DNA of 64,000 nt from an uncultured Clostridia bacterium. GTDB lineage: Bacteria > Bacillota > Clostridia > TANB77 > CAG-508. Under the pieces are notes generated by a model, which saw only the letters and a list, made by a program, of their open reading frames with translations, made no database searches and was not told the DNA's origin. Positions 38,374-47,838 of the stretch are shown one piece after another; the stretch's first letter is position 1; each line of letters begins with the position of its first letter. The stretch lies in assembly GCA_949482135.1 (NCBI GenBank), contig CASYFC010000008.1, positions 14,033 through 78,032 of the forward strand, given 5' to 3'. Made by a program: the position numbers and the translations under genes.

Positions 38374-38386
38374 TAATAAATAAAAA

Positions 38387-38427
38387 AATAGTAGTAATAG
38401 ATTTTGTTACTACTATTTTCTTTTTTA
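38387..38427 (+). terminator. Intrinsic terminator after proS
   Basis: Perfect 11-bp stem aatagtagtaa/ttactactatt, followed by a T-run. Confidence 0.8.
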
Positions 38428-38534
38428 TTATAAAAAATATTGAAAAAAAATATGTTTTATGATTTAATATTTTATATATTAGGATGTGCTTTTGTGCACT
38501 AATATTTTGATATTTATACAAAGGAGAGAATAGT

Positions 38535-39650
38535 ATGGGAAGTAAATTATCACCTGTAATTATAGTGGTATTATTAGTGGTTGTAATTGTTATTGCAGTC
38601 GTTATTTTTGGTCTTTTTACAGGAAAAGGAGGCTTTACAGATACTCCTGGAGAAAATAAAGTTTCAACTAATGAAATTGCTAAACCAAAATTAAATTTAG
38701 AAAAAGAATCTGATGAAAAAGATGTATCATCTGTAAAAATTATAGCAAATGCAACTATGGAAGATGAAAGTGAAATATCAGAAATAGTTCGTCCAGATGG
38801 AACAATTGAAAAAGGAAATTATACTGTTTTTGAAGCAACAGAAAATAAAAAATATACATTTGAAGTTGTTGCTGCAAATGGTCAAAAAGAAAAAGCAACA
38901 ATAGAAGTTACTGAAATTGCTGAAATATCAGCCACAAATCCATATGTTCCAGTAGGATTTTCTGTAATAAATGAAAATGTGGAAGAAGGTTTTGTTATTG
39001 AGGATGAAAATGGAAATCAATATGTATGGGTTCCAGTTGAATCTGGTAGATTAACACGTGGTACAATGTTAGATGGAAAATTTGAAGATTCAGCTTCATC
39101 AGCTACAGCTTTAGTTAATAGTGTTGCAAAATATTACGGATTTTATATTGGAAGATTTGAAGCTTCACAATATAATATGGATGGAGATGTAGTAGCTGCA
39201 AGTATGGCTGGAAAAGTTCCATGGACAAATATAACATACCTAGATGCTTTTAATTATGCAACAGAAGCAGGAGAAAAATTTGGATATGAAGACTGTTTTA
39301 CAGCATTAATAAATAGTTATGCATGGGATACAGCATTAGATTGGATTGATAAAACTCATAACAATTATTCAAAAAATACAGATAATGGAAATTATGATGG
39401 TACAGTACTTCCTACTGGAACTACAGAAAAAGATACAGTAAACTATATTTGCGATTTGGCAGGTAATGTTAGAGAATGGACAACAGAAATATATAAAGAT
39501 TCATCAAATAACAATACTGGTGGAGTAAAACAAAGAGTTATTCGTGGAGGTAGTGCTAATTTAAGAAGAACCCCATCAAGTCATATAGGATATCCAGAAA
39601 ATACATCTGAAACATATTGGGGATTCCGATTAATATTATATAAACAATAA
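38535..39650 (+). CDS. Membrane-anchored protein with one Ig-like unit and a C-terminal FGE-sulfatase (SUMF1/EgtB-like, C-type-lectin fold) domain (371 aa)
   Basis: N-terminal TM. C-terminal pattern ..FYIGRFEAS..VPWTNITY..AWDTALDWI..GNVREWTTE..RVIRGGSA..YWGFRLILY typical of FGE-sulfatase family domains. Confidence 0.7.
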   Translation: MGSKLSPVIIVVLLVVVIVIAVVIFGLFTGKGGFTDTPGENKVSTNEIAKPKLNLEKESDEKDVSSVKIIANATMEDESEISEIVRPDGTIEKGNYTVFEATENKKYTFEVVAANGQKEKATIEVTEIAEISATNPYVPVGFSVINENVEEGFVIEDENGNQYVWVPVESGRLTRGTMLDGKFEDSASSATALVNSVAKYYGFYIGRFEASQYNMDGDVVAASMAGKVPWTNITYLDAFNYATEAGEKFGYEDCFTALINSYAWDTALDWIDKTHNNYSKNTDNGNYDGTVLPTGTTEKDTVNYICDLAGNVREWTTEIYKDSSNNNTGGVKQRVIRGGSANLRRTPSSHIGYPENTSETYWGFRLILYKQ

Positions 39651-39665
39651 AAGGAGCAATAGTAT

Positions 39666-40292
39666 ATGGGGTTTATAGAATTAAATCATCCTTTAATTTC
39701 TCATAAATTAACAATTTTGAGAAATAAAGAAACAGGTACAAAAGAATTTAGAGAAATAATAGGAGAAATATCTTCAGTTTTATGTTATGAAGCAATGAAA
39801 GATGCCAAACTTCAAGACATAGAAATAGAAACACCAATTTGCAGAACAACAGGAAAGATGCTAGATGAGGATAAATATGCATTTGTTCCAATACTAAGAG
39901 CAGGTACTGGAATGCTAGATGGATTAATTCAGACAATGCCTAATGCAAAAATAGGACATATTGGAATGTATAGAAATGAAGAAACTTTAAAACCTGTAAA
40001 ATATTTCTATAAAACACCTAGTGATATACAAAATAGGGAAGTAATAATATTAGATCCTATGCTTGCAACAGGAGGCTCTGGAATTGATGCAATAACAATG
40101 ATAAAAGAAAGTGGCGCTAAGAAAATTAAATTCTTATGTATTATAGCTGCACCAGAAGGTATAGAAAAGATGAAAAAAATTCATCCTGATGTAGATATTT
40201 ATTGTGCAACAATAGATGAAAAATTAAATGAAAAAGGATATATTGTACCAGGTCTTGGAGATGCTGGAGATAGAATTTTTGGAACTAAGTAA
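39666..40292 (+). CDS. upp: Uracil phosphoribosyltransferase
   Basis: 208 aa. [16 protein letters not shown].., PRPP loop [12 protein letters not shown]-terminal [17 protein letters not shown]. Confidence 0.92.
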   Translation: MGFIELNHPLISHKLTILRNKETGTKEFREIIGEISSVLCYEAMKDAKLQDIEIETPICRTTGKMLDEDKYAFVPILRAGTGMLDGLIQTMPNAKIGHIGMYRNEETLKPVKYFYKTPSDIQNREVIILDPMLATGGSGIDAITMIKESGAKKIKFLCIIAAPEGIEKMKKIHPDVDIYCATIDEKLNEKGYIVPGLGDAGDRIFGTK

Positions 40293-40323
40293 AAAAGCAA
40301 CCTCATTTGAGGTTGCTTTTTTG
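40291..40323. terminator. Bidirectional terminator between upp and the radical SAM pair
   Basis: Stem gcaacctc/gaggttgc flanked by A6 and T6 runs. Confidence 0.8.
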
Positions 40324-40354
40324 TTAAATATAAACAACTAATAAGAAGTTTGAA

Positions 40355-41167
40355 TTAGCACTCTTTTCCATTCATATAATAGAAAAAGGCACCATTATCC
40401 CACTTTACTCTTATTCCAATTTTTAAGTTTGGTAATTGAGAAGATAGCATTTGAGCAAGTTCTTTCATGCTTTCAGTATCTTTGGTTTCAGTAGAAAAAT
40501 TGTCAACAATGCTATACTTTCGCAATGTCCAAAACACATTTTCATTACTATTTTTTTGGATTATTTCTCCAATTTTTAACAATTCTTCAAAATCTGTATC
40601 ATTAAATACACAAGTTCTGATGTCAACTTTAACCTCTTTTGCATATTTTAATACTCTAAGAGTTTGAATTGTTTTGTTCCACATAATAATGGATTGGCTA
40701 GAAGATATCCCAGCAATTTTTGCTAGCTTTTCTGGTGTTTCAGCTTTTAAATCAACAGATAGAGAATCTAGTAAATGATTATCAACTAAATTTTTAATGA
40801 GTGTAGGGCTAGAACCATTATGAGCCATACTTCCAATTCCATTACGCTTTTTAACAAATTTGAGCAATTTAATAGAAAGGGAAGGATAAGTGCATGGATC
40901 TCCACCTGAAAGTCTAACAATTTGTCCTTTATCTATTGCATCTGAAACTGCATTAAAAACTACAGGTTCATTTACAACAATACTACCGTCTATAATACAT
41001 GAATGTTTATTATAGCCATTTCTCTTGCAATAAGGACAGGAATAATTGCACTTTCCAAAAGGAATTATTCGCATTTCTTTTACTTCTTCACCAAAAGCCT
41101 TCAGAAAGTATGCCTGTCGTGTTTCTTTAAACAACTCTCCTTCATATGGAATAATATAAACCAACAT
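40355..41167 (-). CDS. Radical SAM protein (270 aa), function unassigned
   Basis: CX3CX2C motif CNYSCPYC, LSGGDP motif. The ATG lies 2 nt after the upstream gene's stop, and its SD GGAGGG lies inside the upstream gene's last codons. Confidence 0.8.
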   Translation of the reverse strand: MLVYIIPYEGELFKETRQAYFLKAFGEEVKEMRIIPFGKCNYSCPYCKRNGYNKHSCIIDGSIVVNEPVVFNAVSDAIDKGQIVRLSGGDPCTYPSLSIKLLKFVKKRNGIGSMAHNGSSPTLIKNLVDNHLLDSLSVDLKAETPEKLAKIAGISSSQSIIMWNKTIQTLRVLKYAKEVKVDIRTCVFNDTDFEELLKIGEIIQKNSNENVFWTLRKYSIVDNFSTETKDTESMKELAQMLSSQLPNLKIGIRVKWDNGAFFYYMNGKEC

Positions 41168-41169
41168 AG

Positions 41170-42045
41170 TTATTTCCCTCCATATTTTTTCTCAAGAAAC
41201 GCCTGGAGCGAAATACAGCGCATAGTTCTACAGCAAGGAGTGGGAAAGAAAGAATCACATTTTGCTGCAAGTTCCTCATATTCATCAATAGTAAGTGTTT
41301 TTTCGTTAAGATGAGGGCACAAACTAATTGTCATATCAGGATTGAGGGTAAGATAATTTTTACCCATATAACAGACTTTAGCCGGTTTTCCAGCGAGTAC
41401 TTCCTCATATGCACCTACTTTATTATCAGGAAAAGTATTAATGACTTTGAAGATTTCATTCCTTAAATTTTCATTCATGCCCTCAACAGTAGTAGGATAT
41501 AAGAAATGATTTTCTCCAACAGTTAATGGTTGCCACTTAATGTTATCGAAAACATCAAAAGCAATTGAATAATTTTTAGAATCAATTACTTTAAAGAAAT
41601 CAGTATCAATCATAAAAGATGCTTTGAATTTGATAGCAGGATTCTTTTCTTTAATTTCCATAATTTTCCTACACATTTCCAAAAAGTGAGAATCATCTCC
41701 AAGAATTTCTTCATTGTAAAGAGAAACTTTAATTCTCATAATTCCCATTGTAGAAATTTCATCAGTTGAAAATCTGTCGAAAAGCATACCATTTGTGAAA
41801 TACGAAACTTTACAGACTTCTGCAAGTCTTTTAACCAAATCAGAAATATTTTTATACATTGTAGGTTCGCCACCACTTAAATGGACTTTTTTGATACCAT
41901 GTTTTGTGATGAATTCAATTAATTTTTCAATGTTCAATGCTTCGTTTGAATCATATTTAACTTTGTCGTCAAAAACGTAATTAAAACAAAACTTGCATCT
42001 CTTGTTGCACCGATAAGTAACTCTAACTAATAATTCATTTACCAT
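41170..42045 (-). CDS. Radical SAM protein with a Cys-rich C-terminal (twitch/SPASM-like) region (292 aa), function unassigned
   Basis: CNKRCKFC motif, LSGGEP, C-terminal CYMGKNYLTLNPDMTISLC..C..CC....C. Tracked ORF starts at 42138, but ATG 42045 has a GGAGGA SD. Confidence 0.8.
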   Translation of the reverse strand: MVNELLVRVTYRCNKRCKFCFNYVFDDKVKYDSNEALNIEKLIEFITKHGIKKVHLSGGEPTMYKNISDLVKRLAEVCKVSYFTNGMLFDRFSTDEISTMGIMRIKVSLYNEEILGDDSHFLEMCRKIMEIKEKNPAIKFKASFMIDTDFFKVIDSKNYSIAFDVFDNIKWQPLTVGENHFLYPTTVEGMNENLRNEIFKVINTFPDNKVGAYEEVLAGKPAKVCYMGKNYLTLNPDMTISLCPHLNEKTLTIDEYEELAAKCDSFFPTPCCRTMRCISLQAFLEKKYGGK

Positions 42046-42227
42046 TATAATTCCTCCATTTTGCTTAGTGTTAATAGTTATAGTTTGTTTGTAAGTTTTG
42101 TAATTTCGCCTCCTTAAAAAATTTTTTTCAGGTTTCATATTTTTATATTAATAATGGCTTACATTTTAACATAATTTACATAAAAAATCAACAAAGATAA
42201 ATTTATTATTTTATAGTACAGAACATA

Positions 42228-42256
42228 TTGAAAAAAAATAGCAAATAATGTATAAT
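42228..42256 (+). promoter_or_regulatory. Sigma-A promoter of aspS (short leader, no T-box)
   Basis: TTGAAA (42228-42233), 17-nt spacer, TATAAT (42251-42256). Confidence 0.6.
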
Positions 42257-42290
42257 GTATCCACATTTTGAGATAAAAGAGGGGATAACT

Positions 42291-44054
42291 ATGGTTAACA
42301 AATATAAAACTCACAATTGCGGTGAGTTACGAATTTCAGAAGTAAACAAAGAAGTTAGATTAGCTGGATTCGTACAAACAATAAGAAATCTAGGAAAGAT
42401 GGCTTTTATAGACTTAAGGGATGAAAAAGGAATTACTCAAGTTGTCGTTTCAGAAGAAACCAATTGTGATATGAAAGATATAACAAAAGAATGTACAGTA
42501 ACTGTAACTGGTATTGTTGTAGAAAGAACTAGTAAAAATGATAAAATTCCTACAGGAGATATAGAAGTTGTTGCAAAAGAAATTACAGTACTTGGAAAAT
42601 GTAGAAATTCTTTACCATTCGAAATAAATGTTGAAGGTCAAAATGTTAGAGAAGATTTAAGATTAGAATATAGATTTTTAGATTTAAGAAATGAAAGTAT
42701 TCATAAAAATATATTATTACGTTCTAAAATATTAAAAGATTTTAGAACAGCTATGGATGAGCTAGAATTTACAGAGATTCAAACACCAATTCTTGCTAAC
42801 TCATCACCAGAAGGAGCTAGAGATTTTCTTGTACCAAGTAGATTGCATCCAGGAGAATTTTATGCGCTTCCACAAGCACCACAACAATTTAAACAACTAC
42901 TAATGGTTTCTGGATTTGATAGATATTATCAAATAGCGCCATGTTTTAGAGATGAGGATCCTAGAGCAGACCGTTCACCAGGAGAATTCTATCAATTAGA
43001 TTTCGAGATGAGTTTTGCTACTCAAGAAGATGTATTTGATGTTATTGAAACAGTATTACCAAAAGTTTTTAAAGAAAATACAGACTGGAAAGTTGATGAA
43101 GGACCATTTTTAAGAATACCTTTTAAAGAAGCTATGGAAAAATATGGTTCTGATAAACCAGATTTAAGAAATCCTCTAGTAATTACAGATTTAACAGATA
43201 TTTTTGAAGGAACAGAATTTAATGCTTTTAAAGATAAAACAGTTAAAGCTTTAGTTACTGAAAATATGGAAGATAAACCAAGAAAATTCTTTGATAATAT
43301 GTCTGCATATGCTGTTGATGAATTAGAAGCAAAAGGATTAGCTTGGGTTAAAGTAGATAGTGAAGGAAACTTAAACGGTGGAATTAGCAAATTTATAGAT
43401 GATGAAAGAAAAGAAAAAATCTTTGAAAGAATGAATATTAAACCAGGGAGTGCAATATATTTTGTAGCAGATGAATATAATAAAGCTGTAAAAATTGCGG
43501 GTGGTATTAGAATAAAATTAGGAAATGAATTAGATTTATTAGAAAAAGATGTTTATAAATTCTGTTTTATAGTAGATTTTCCTATGTATGAATTGTCAGA
43601 TGAAGGAACAATAGATTTTAATCATAATCCATTCTCAATGCCACAAGGCGGATTAGAAGCATTAGAGAATAAAGATCCATTAGATATATATGCTTATCAA
43701 TATGATGCTGTATGTAATGGATATGAAATTTTATCAGGTGCTGTAAGAAATCATGATCAAGATATTATGATAAAGGCTTTTGAGATTGCAGGTTATACAG
43801 TAGAAGATGTAAAAGGAAAATTTGGTGCATTATTTAATGCATTTAGCTATGGAACTCCACCACATGCAGGTGCTGCACCAGGAATAGATAGAATAGTTAT
43901 GCTTCTTGCAAAAGAAGATAATATCAGAGAAGTAATAGCTTTTCCAAAGAATAAGAAGGCAAGAGATTTACTAATGAATGCACCTTCTAGAGTTTTTGAT
44001 AAACAACTAGAGGAGGTACATATAAAGTTAGACTTAAAAAATATTGAAGAATAA
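42291..44054 (+). CDS. aspS: Aspartyl-tRNA synthetase
   Basis: OB-fold N-terminus (THNCGELR..VRLAGFV), class II motifs (FYALPQAPQQFKQLLM, FRDEDPRADRSPGEFYQLD, GTPPHAGAAPGIDR). Start taken at ATG 42291, which has a GAGGGGA SD, rather than 42255. Confidence 0.92.
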   Translation: MVNKYKTHNCGELRISEVNKEVRLAGFVQTIRNLGKMAFIDLRDEKGITQVVVSEETNCDMKDITKECTVTVTGIVVERTSKNDKIPTGDIEVVAKEITVLGKCRNSLPFEINVEGQNVREDLRLEYRFLDLRNESIHKNILLRSKILKDFRTAMDELEFTEIQTPILANSSPEGARDFLVPSRLHPGEFYALPQAPQQFKQLLMVSGFDRYYQIAPCFRDEDPRADRSPGEFYQLDFEMSFATQEDVFDVIETVLPKVFKENTDWKVDEGPFLRIPFKEAMEKYGSDKPDLRNPLVITDLTDIFEGTEFNAFKDKTVKALVTENMEDKPRKFFDNMSAYAVDELEAKGLAWVKVDSEGNLNGGISKFIDDERKEKIFERMNIKPGSAIYFVADEYNKAVKIAGGIRIKLGNELDLLEKDVYKFCFIVDFPMYELSDEGTIDFNHNPFSMPQGGLEALENKDPLDIYAYQYDAVCNGYEILSGAVRNHDQDIMIKAFEIAGYTVEDVKGKFGALFNAFSYGTPPHAGAAPGIDRIVMLLAKEDNIREVIAFPKNKKARDLLMNAPSRVFDKQLEEVHIKLDLKNIEE

Positions 44055-44068
44055 AGGAATGTAGTTTT

Positions 44069-45508
44069 ATGAAATTTATTAAAAAAATATTTTTTATATT
44101 TTCTTTAGTGAGTATTTTATTAATAGGAACATCTTTTGCAGATACAGGTAAAGTTAATGTGAGTGCTACAAGAATTAGAAAAGAAAATAATACAGATTCA
44201 GATATAATAACAAATATTTATGAAGATGATGAAGTTGAAATTATTGGTGAAGCAGGAGAATGGTATCAAGTTAAATACGATGGAAATACAGGCTATGTAA
44301 AAAAAGAGTATTTAACTGTATCAAATAAAAAAAATAATACTTCAACAAAGTCAAATACAACGAATACTCAAGCTTCAAAAAATGAAACCAATACAACAAA
44401 TTCAAACAATCAAACAAATACTGCAGTTAAAAATCAAGTAAATGAAAGCAATGCAAATACATCAACTTCACAAAATATGCAGGATCCTTCAAAGGTAACA
44501 ACTAATTCAACATCAACATTAAGGAATATGCCAAGTATTGTTTCTACAGTAATAGCACAATTTGATGCATCAAAGCAATTAACTATATTAGAAGAGATAG
44601 GGAATTGGGTTCAAGTTAGTGATGGTGTTGTTACAGGATGGATACCAAGATCAAAAATTGTTATATCAAATCCAGAAACTGTTAATAGTTCAGATTTTAC
44701 AAATGAAGGAACTCAAAACGAAGTTTCAAATACAGTTTCTGAAAATAAAACAAATACTACAAACTCAACTAATACTTCTAATACAAATAAAAATCAAACA
44801 AATACAACATCAAATGAAACAGCAGTAAATAAGACAGGGAAAATAAATGTAGAAACAGCAAAAGTAAGAGAATCAGCAAGTACATCTGCAAAATTAATAG
44901 AATTTCTAGATTATGATGATAAAGTAACAATAGTTGCTGAAGAGGGAGACTGGTATAAAATCACTAGTTCCAAAGCTTCTGGATATGTAAGTAAGAAACT
45001 AATTACAATACAAAAAGAGGATGTCAGTTCAAGAAATTTATCTGAATCTAGAGGAGAAGTAGAGCAAGATACAACCAAAGTAAATCAAGAAGCGAATTCT
45101 GCTTTAAATAATAGTTTTGCTAATAGCAATGATGGAACACAAGTTGCTGAATATGCAAAAAAATATTTAGGATATTCATATGTTCTTGGTGGCAAAACAC
45201 CAGAATCAGGATTTGATTGTTCAGGATTTACAAGATATGTATATTCTAATTTTGGATATAGTTTAGGAAGCACTGCAGCATCTCAAACAAATGTTGGTTC
45301 AGATGTGGCTAGAGAAAATTTACAAGTTGGTGATTTAATACTATTTTACAATGAAAGTAAAACAAGTATAGGTCATACAGGAGTATACATTGGAAATGGA
45401 GAATTTATACATGCAGCAAATCCATCAAGAGGTGTTGTTACAGATAATCTAAACACCAATTCTTATTATAATGAAAGATTTGTTTCTGCAAAAAGAGTTG
45501 TAGAATAA
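44069..45508 (+). CDS. Secreted cell-wall hydrolase: three SH3-like domains with Asn/Thr-rich linkers plus a C-terminal NlpC/P60 (C40) peptidase
   Basis: Signal peptide. Repeated ..GEWYQVKYDGNTGYVKKEYL.. type SH3b motifs. Catalytic region GFDCSGFTRYVY ... HTGVYIGNGEFIHA. Confidence 0.85.
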   Translation: MKFIKKIFFIFSLVSILLIGTSFADTGKVNVSATRIRKENNTDSDIITNIYEDDEVEIIGEAGEWYQVKYDGNTGYVKKEYLTVSNKKNNTSTKSNTTNTQASKNETNTTNSNNQTNTAVKNQVNESNANTSTSQNMQDPSKVTTNSTSTLRNMPSIVSTVIAQFDASKQLTILEEIGNWVQVSDGVVTGWIPRSKIVISNPETVNSSDFTNEGTQNEVSNTVSENKTNTTNSTNTSNTNKNQTNTTSNETAVNKTGKINVETAKVRESASTSAKLIEFLDYDDKVTIVAEEGDWYKITSSKASGYVSKKLITIQKEDVSSRNLSESRGEVEQDTTKVNQEANSALNNSFANSNDGTQVAEYAKKYLGYSYVLGGKTPESGFDCSGFTRYVYSNFGYSLGSTAASQTNVGSDVARENLQVGDLILFYNESKTSIGHTGVYIGNGEFIHAANPSRGVVTDNLNTNSYYNERFVSAKRVVE

Positions 45509-45526
45509 TTGCTTGGGGGCTAACGA

Positions 45527-47761
45527 TTGGAGGTTAGCTATTTGAAAATAAAACTGTTAATTTTATTATTAATAATGGGGCTATGTTATTATAACATAGC
45601 TCTTATTTTATCTTTTGAAAGAATTTATCCTGAAAAAATAGAAATGTCTTTTTATTGTAAAATAATAAAGGAAAAAGAAGAAAAAGACTATTATAATAAG
45701 TATGTAGTAAAAGTAATAGAAAATAAATCTATAAAAAACAGTAAAAATACAAAATTAATTTTATATGTAAAAAAAGATAAAGAATTAATCCCAGGAGATA
45801 TAATATTTGTTAAGGGAAGTTTTGAAAAAGGAGAAGTAAGTAGAAATTATAAAGGGTTTAGTTATAGGAATTATTTAAAACAAAATAAAATTTATGGAAT
45901 TGTATATGTAGAAGAAATTGATAAAAAATTTCATGTAAAAGATTATAATTATTTTTTGTTTAAAATAAGAAACTGTTTTGAAAGAAAAATAGATAGCTTG
46001 TATGAAAAAGATTATAGTGCTTTTTTAAAGAGTCTATTAATTGGAAATAAAAGTGAGCTATCAGAAGATATAATGCAAGATTTCAAAAGTGCAAATATTT
46101 CACATATTTTAGCAATTTCAGGGTTACATGTATCATTTATTTTGTTAGGAATTAATTTTGTATTAGAAAAGATTATTATTAGTAAAAAAATAAGAAATAT
46201 TTTTTTATTATGTTTTTTAATATTATTCTTAAATTTAACAGGTAATTCAATATCCTGTATGAGAACATGTATTATGAATTTTTTTATAATTTTATGTTCT
46301 GTATTTTACAAAAAAAATAATTTTTATATGAGTTTTATTTTATCACTATTTTTTATAATAATAATTAATCTATATAATATATTTAGTGTGGGATTGTGGC
46401 TATCATATGCAGGAACAATTGGAATTGTAGTAACTTATGACTTTTGGTATAGAGTAATATTCAGAAAAAAATGTCATAAAAGCATTGCTTTAAGTTTATC
46501 TGCACAAATTTTTATATTTCCCATAGTGATATATGTATTTAATTGTTTTTCGCTTACTTTTTTTATTTCAAATTTTATTATAACAATTTTTATTGGTTAT
46601 ATATTAGCAATTGGATATATAAGTATATTTATTTCTTTTATATTTTTTCCTATTTCAAAGTTTTTATCATATTTAGAAAAGACAATGATTTATATTATTT
46701 TAAAAACAGCTAATATAGTAGGGAGAATCCCATTATCAAGGATTTTTGTAATAACTCCAAGTTTTTATTTAATTATGCTTTATTATGTAATATTATTTGG
46801 TTTTATAATTTACTTTAGAATTCATAAAGTTCATATGCTAAAAATCTTTTTATGTAAAAGATTAGACTATTTAAAGTTATTAAAGTCAAAGATTTATAAT
46901 AATAAATTATTAAAGAAAGTCGTAATAATAAGTATAATTTTATCTTTAACTTCACAGGTTTATAAAATCGATTTTAATTTAAAAATTCACTTTGTAGATG
47001 TAGGACAAGGAGATTGCACATTTATAACAACTCCATTTGGAAAAAGGATTTTAATTGATGGAGGAGAAGGTAATTCAGATAAATATGATTATGGAGAAAA
47101 AGTGGTATTTCCATATTTGTTAGATAGAGGAATAAAAAGAGTGGACTATGTAATTGTTTCACATGCGGATAGTGACCATATTGGTGGATTAATATATATT
47201 TTAGAAAACATGAAAGTAGAAAATATTTTAATTGGGCTTCAACCAAAAACTTCAACTCAATTAGAAAAATTAATTGAGTTGGCTAATAAGAAAAGAATTA
47301 ATATTATGACTTTATCCAAAGGTGATATAAAAAAGATAGATAAAATTATTAATTTGGAAGTGCTTTGGCCAGATAAAAATAATTTAATATATGAAAATGC
47401 ATTAAATAATAATTCTTTAGTTTTCAAATTAAAATACAATAATTTTTCAATATTATTTACAGGTGATATAGAAGAAATTGCTGAAAAAGAAATTGTTTTA
47501 TCTGAATTAAAGTCCACGATAATAAAAATTGCACATCATGGTTCAAAAACTTCGTCTACAGAAGAATTTATAAGTAATGTAAATCCAAGGATTGCTTTAA
47601 TAGGTGTAGGAAAGAAAAATAGTTTTGGACATCCCAATAATGAGATTATAGAAAGACTTGAGAAAAGTAATATTAAAATATATAGAACAGATATAAATGG
47701 AGAGATATCTATTATTGTAAATACAAAAGGAATAATTAAAATAAAAAAACATATAGAATAA
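45527..47761 (+). CDS. comEC: DNA internalization-related competence protein ComEC/Rec2
   Basis: Polytopic membrane core plus a C-terminal metallo-beta-lactamase domain (VDVGQGDCTFI, SHADSDHIGG, AHHGS). TTG start with a GGGGG SD; exact start uncertain. Confidence 0.85.
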   Translation: MEVSYLKIKLLILLLIMGLCYYNIALILSFERIYPEKIEMSFYCKIIKEKEEKDYYNKYVVKVIENKSIKNSKNTKLILYVKKDKELIPGDIIFVKGSFEKGEVSRNYKGFSYRNYLKQNKIYGIVYVEEIDKKFHVKDYNYFLFKIRNCFERKIDSLYEKDYSAFLKSLLIGNKSELSEDIMQDFKSANISHILAISGLHVSFILLGINFVLEKIIISKKIRNIFLLCFLILFLNLTGNSISCMRTCIMNFFIILCSVFYKKNNFYMSFILSLFFIIIINLYNIFSVGLWLSYAGTIGIVVTYDFWYRVIFRKKCHKSIALSLSAQIFIFPIVIYVFNCFSLTFFISNFIITIFIGYILAIGYISIFISFIFFPISKFLSYLEKTMIYIILKTANIVGRIPLSRIFVITPSFYLIMLYYVILFGFIIYFRIHKVHMLKIFLCKRLDYLKLLKSKIYNNKLLKKVVIISIILSLTSQVYKIDFNLKIHFVDVGQGDCTFITTPFGKRILIDGGEGNSDKYDYGEKVVFPYLLDRGIKRVDYVIVSHADSDHIGGLIYILENMKVENILIGLQPKTSTQLEKLIELANKKRINIMTLSKGDIKKIDKIINLEVLWPDKNNLIYENALNNNSLVFKLKYNNFSILFTGDIEEIAEKEIVLSELKSTIIKIAHHGSKTSSTEEFISNVNPRIALIGVGKKNSFGHPNNEIIERLEKSNIKIYRTDINGEISIIVNTKGIIKIKKHIE

Positions 47762-47764
47762 ATG

Positions 47765-47800
47765 AAAACTGGCGGAATTCTATTTAAAGAATTCCGCCAG
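47765..47800 (-). terminator. GC-rich hairpin terminating pncB (minus strand)
   Basis: Perfect 12-bp stem ctggcggaattc/gaattccgccag. A U-run is present only on the minus-strand side. Confidence 0.75.
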
Positions 47801-47838
47801 TACTGCTAAAACTTATTAATTCTGGTTTTTACACTGAA

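Noticed and set aside
40467-41314. + strand ORFs 40467..40667 and 41003..41314, plus 41795..41980, inside the radical SAM genes.
   Set aside because: They are shadow frames with no SD and no motifs, entirely overlapped by well-supported minus-strand radical SAM genes.
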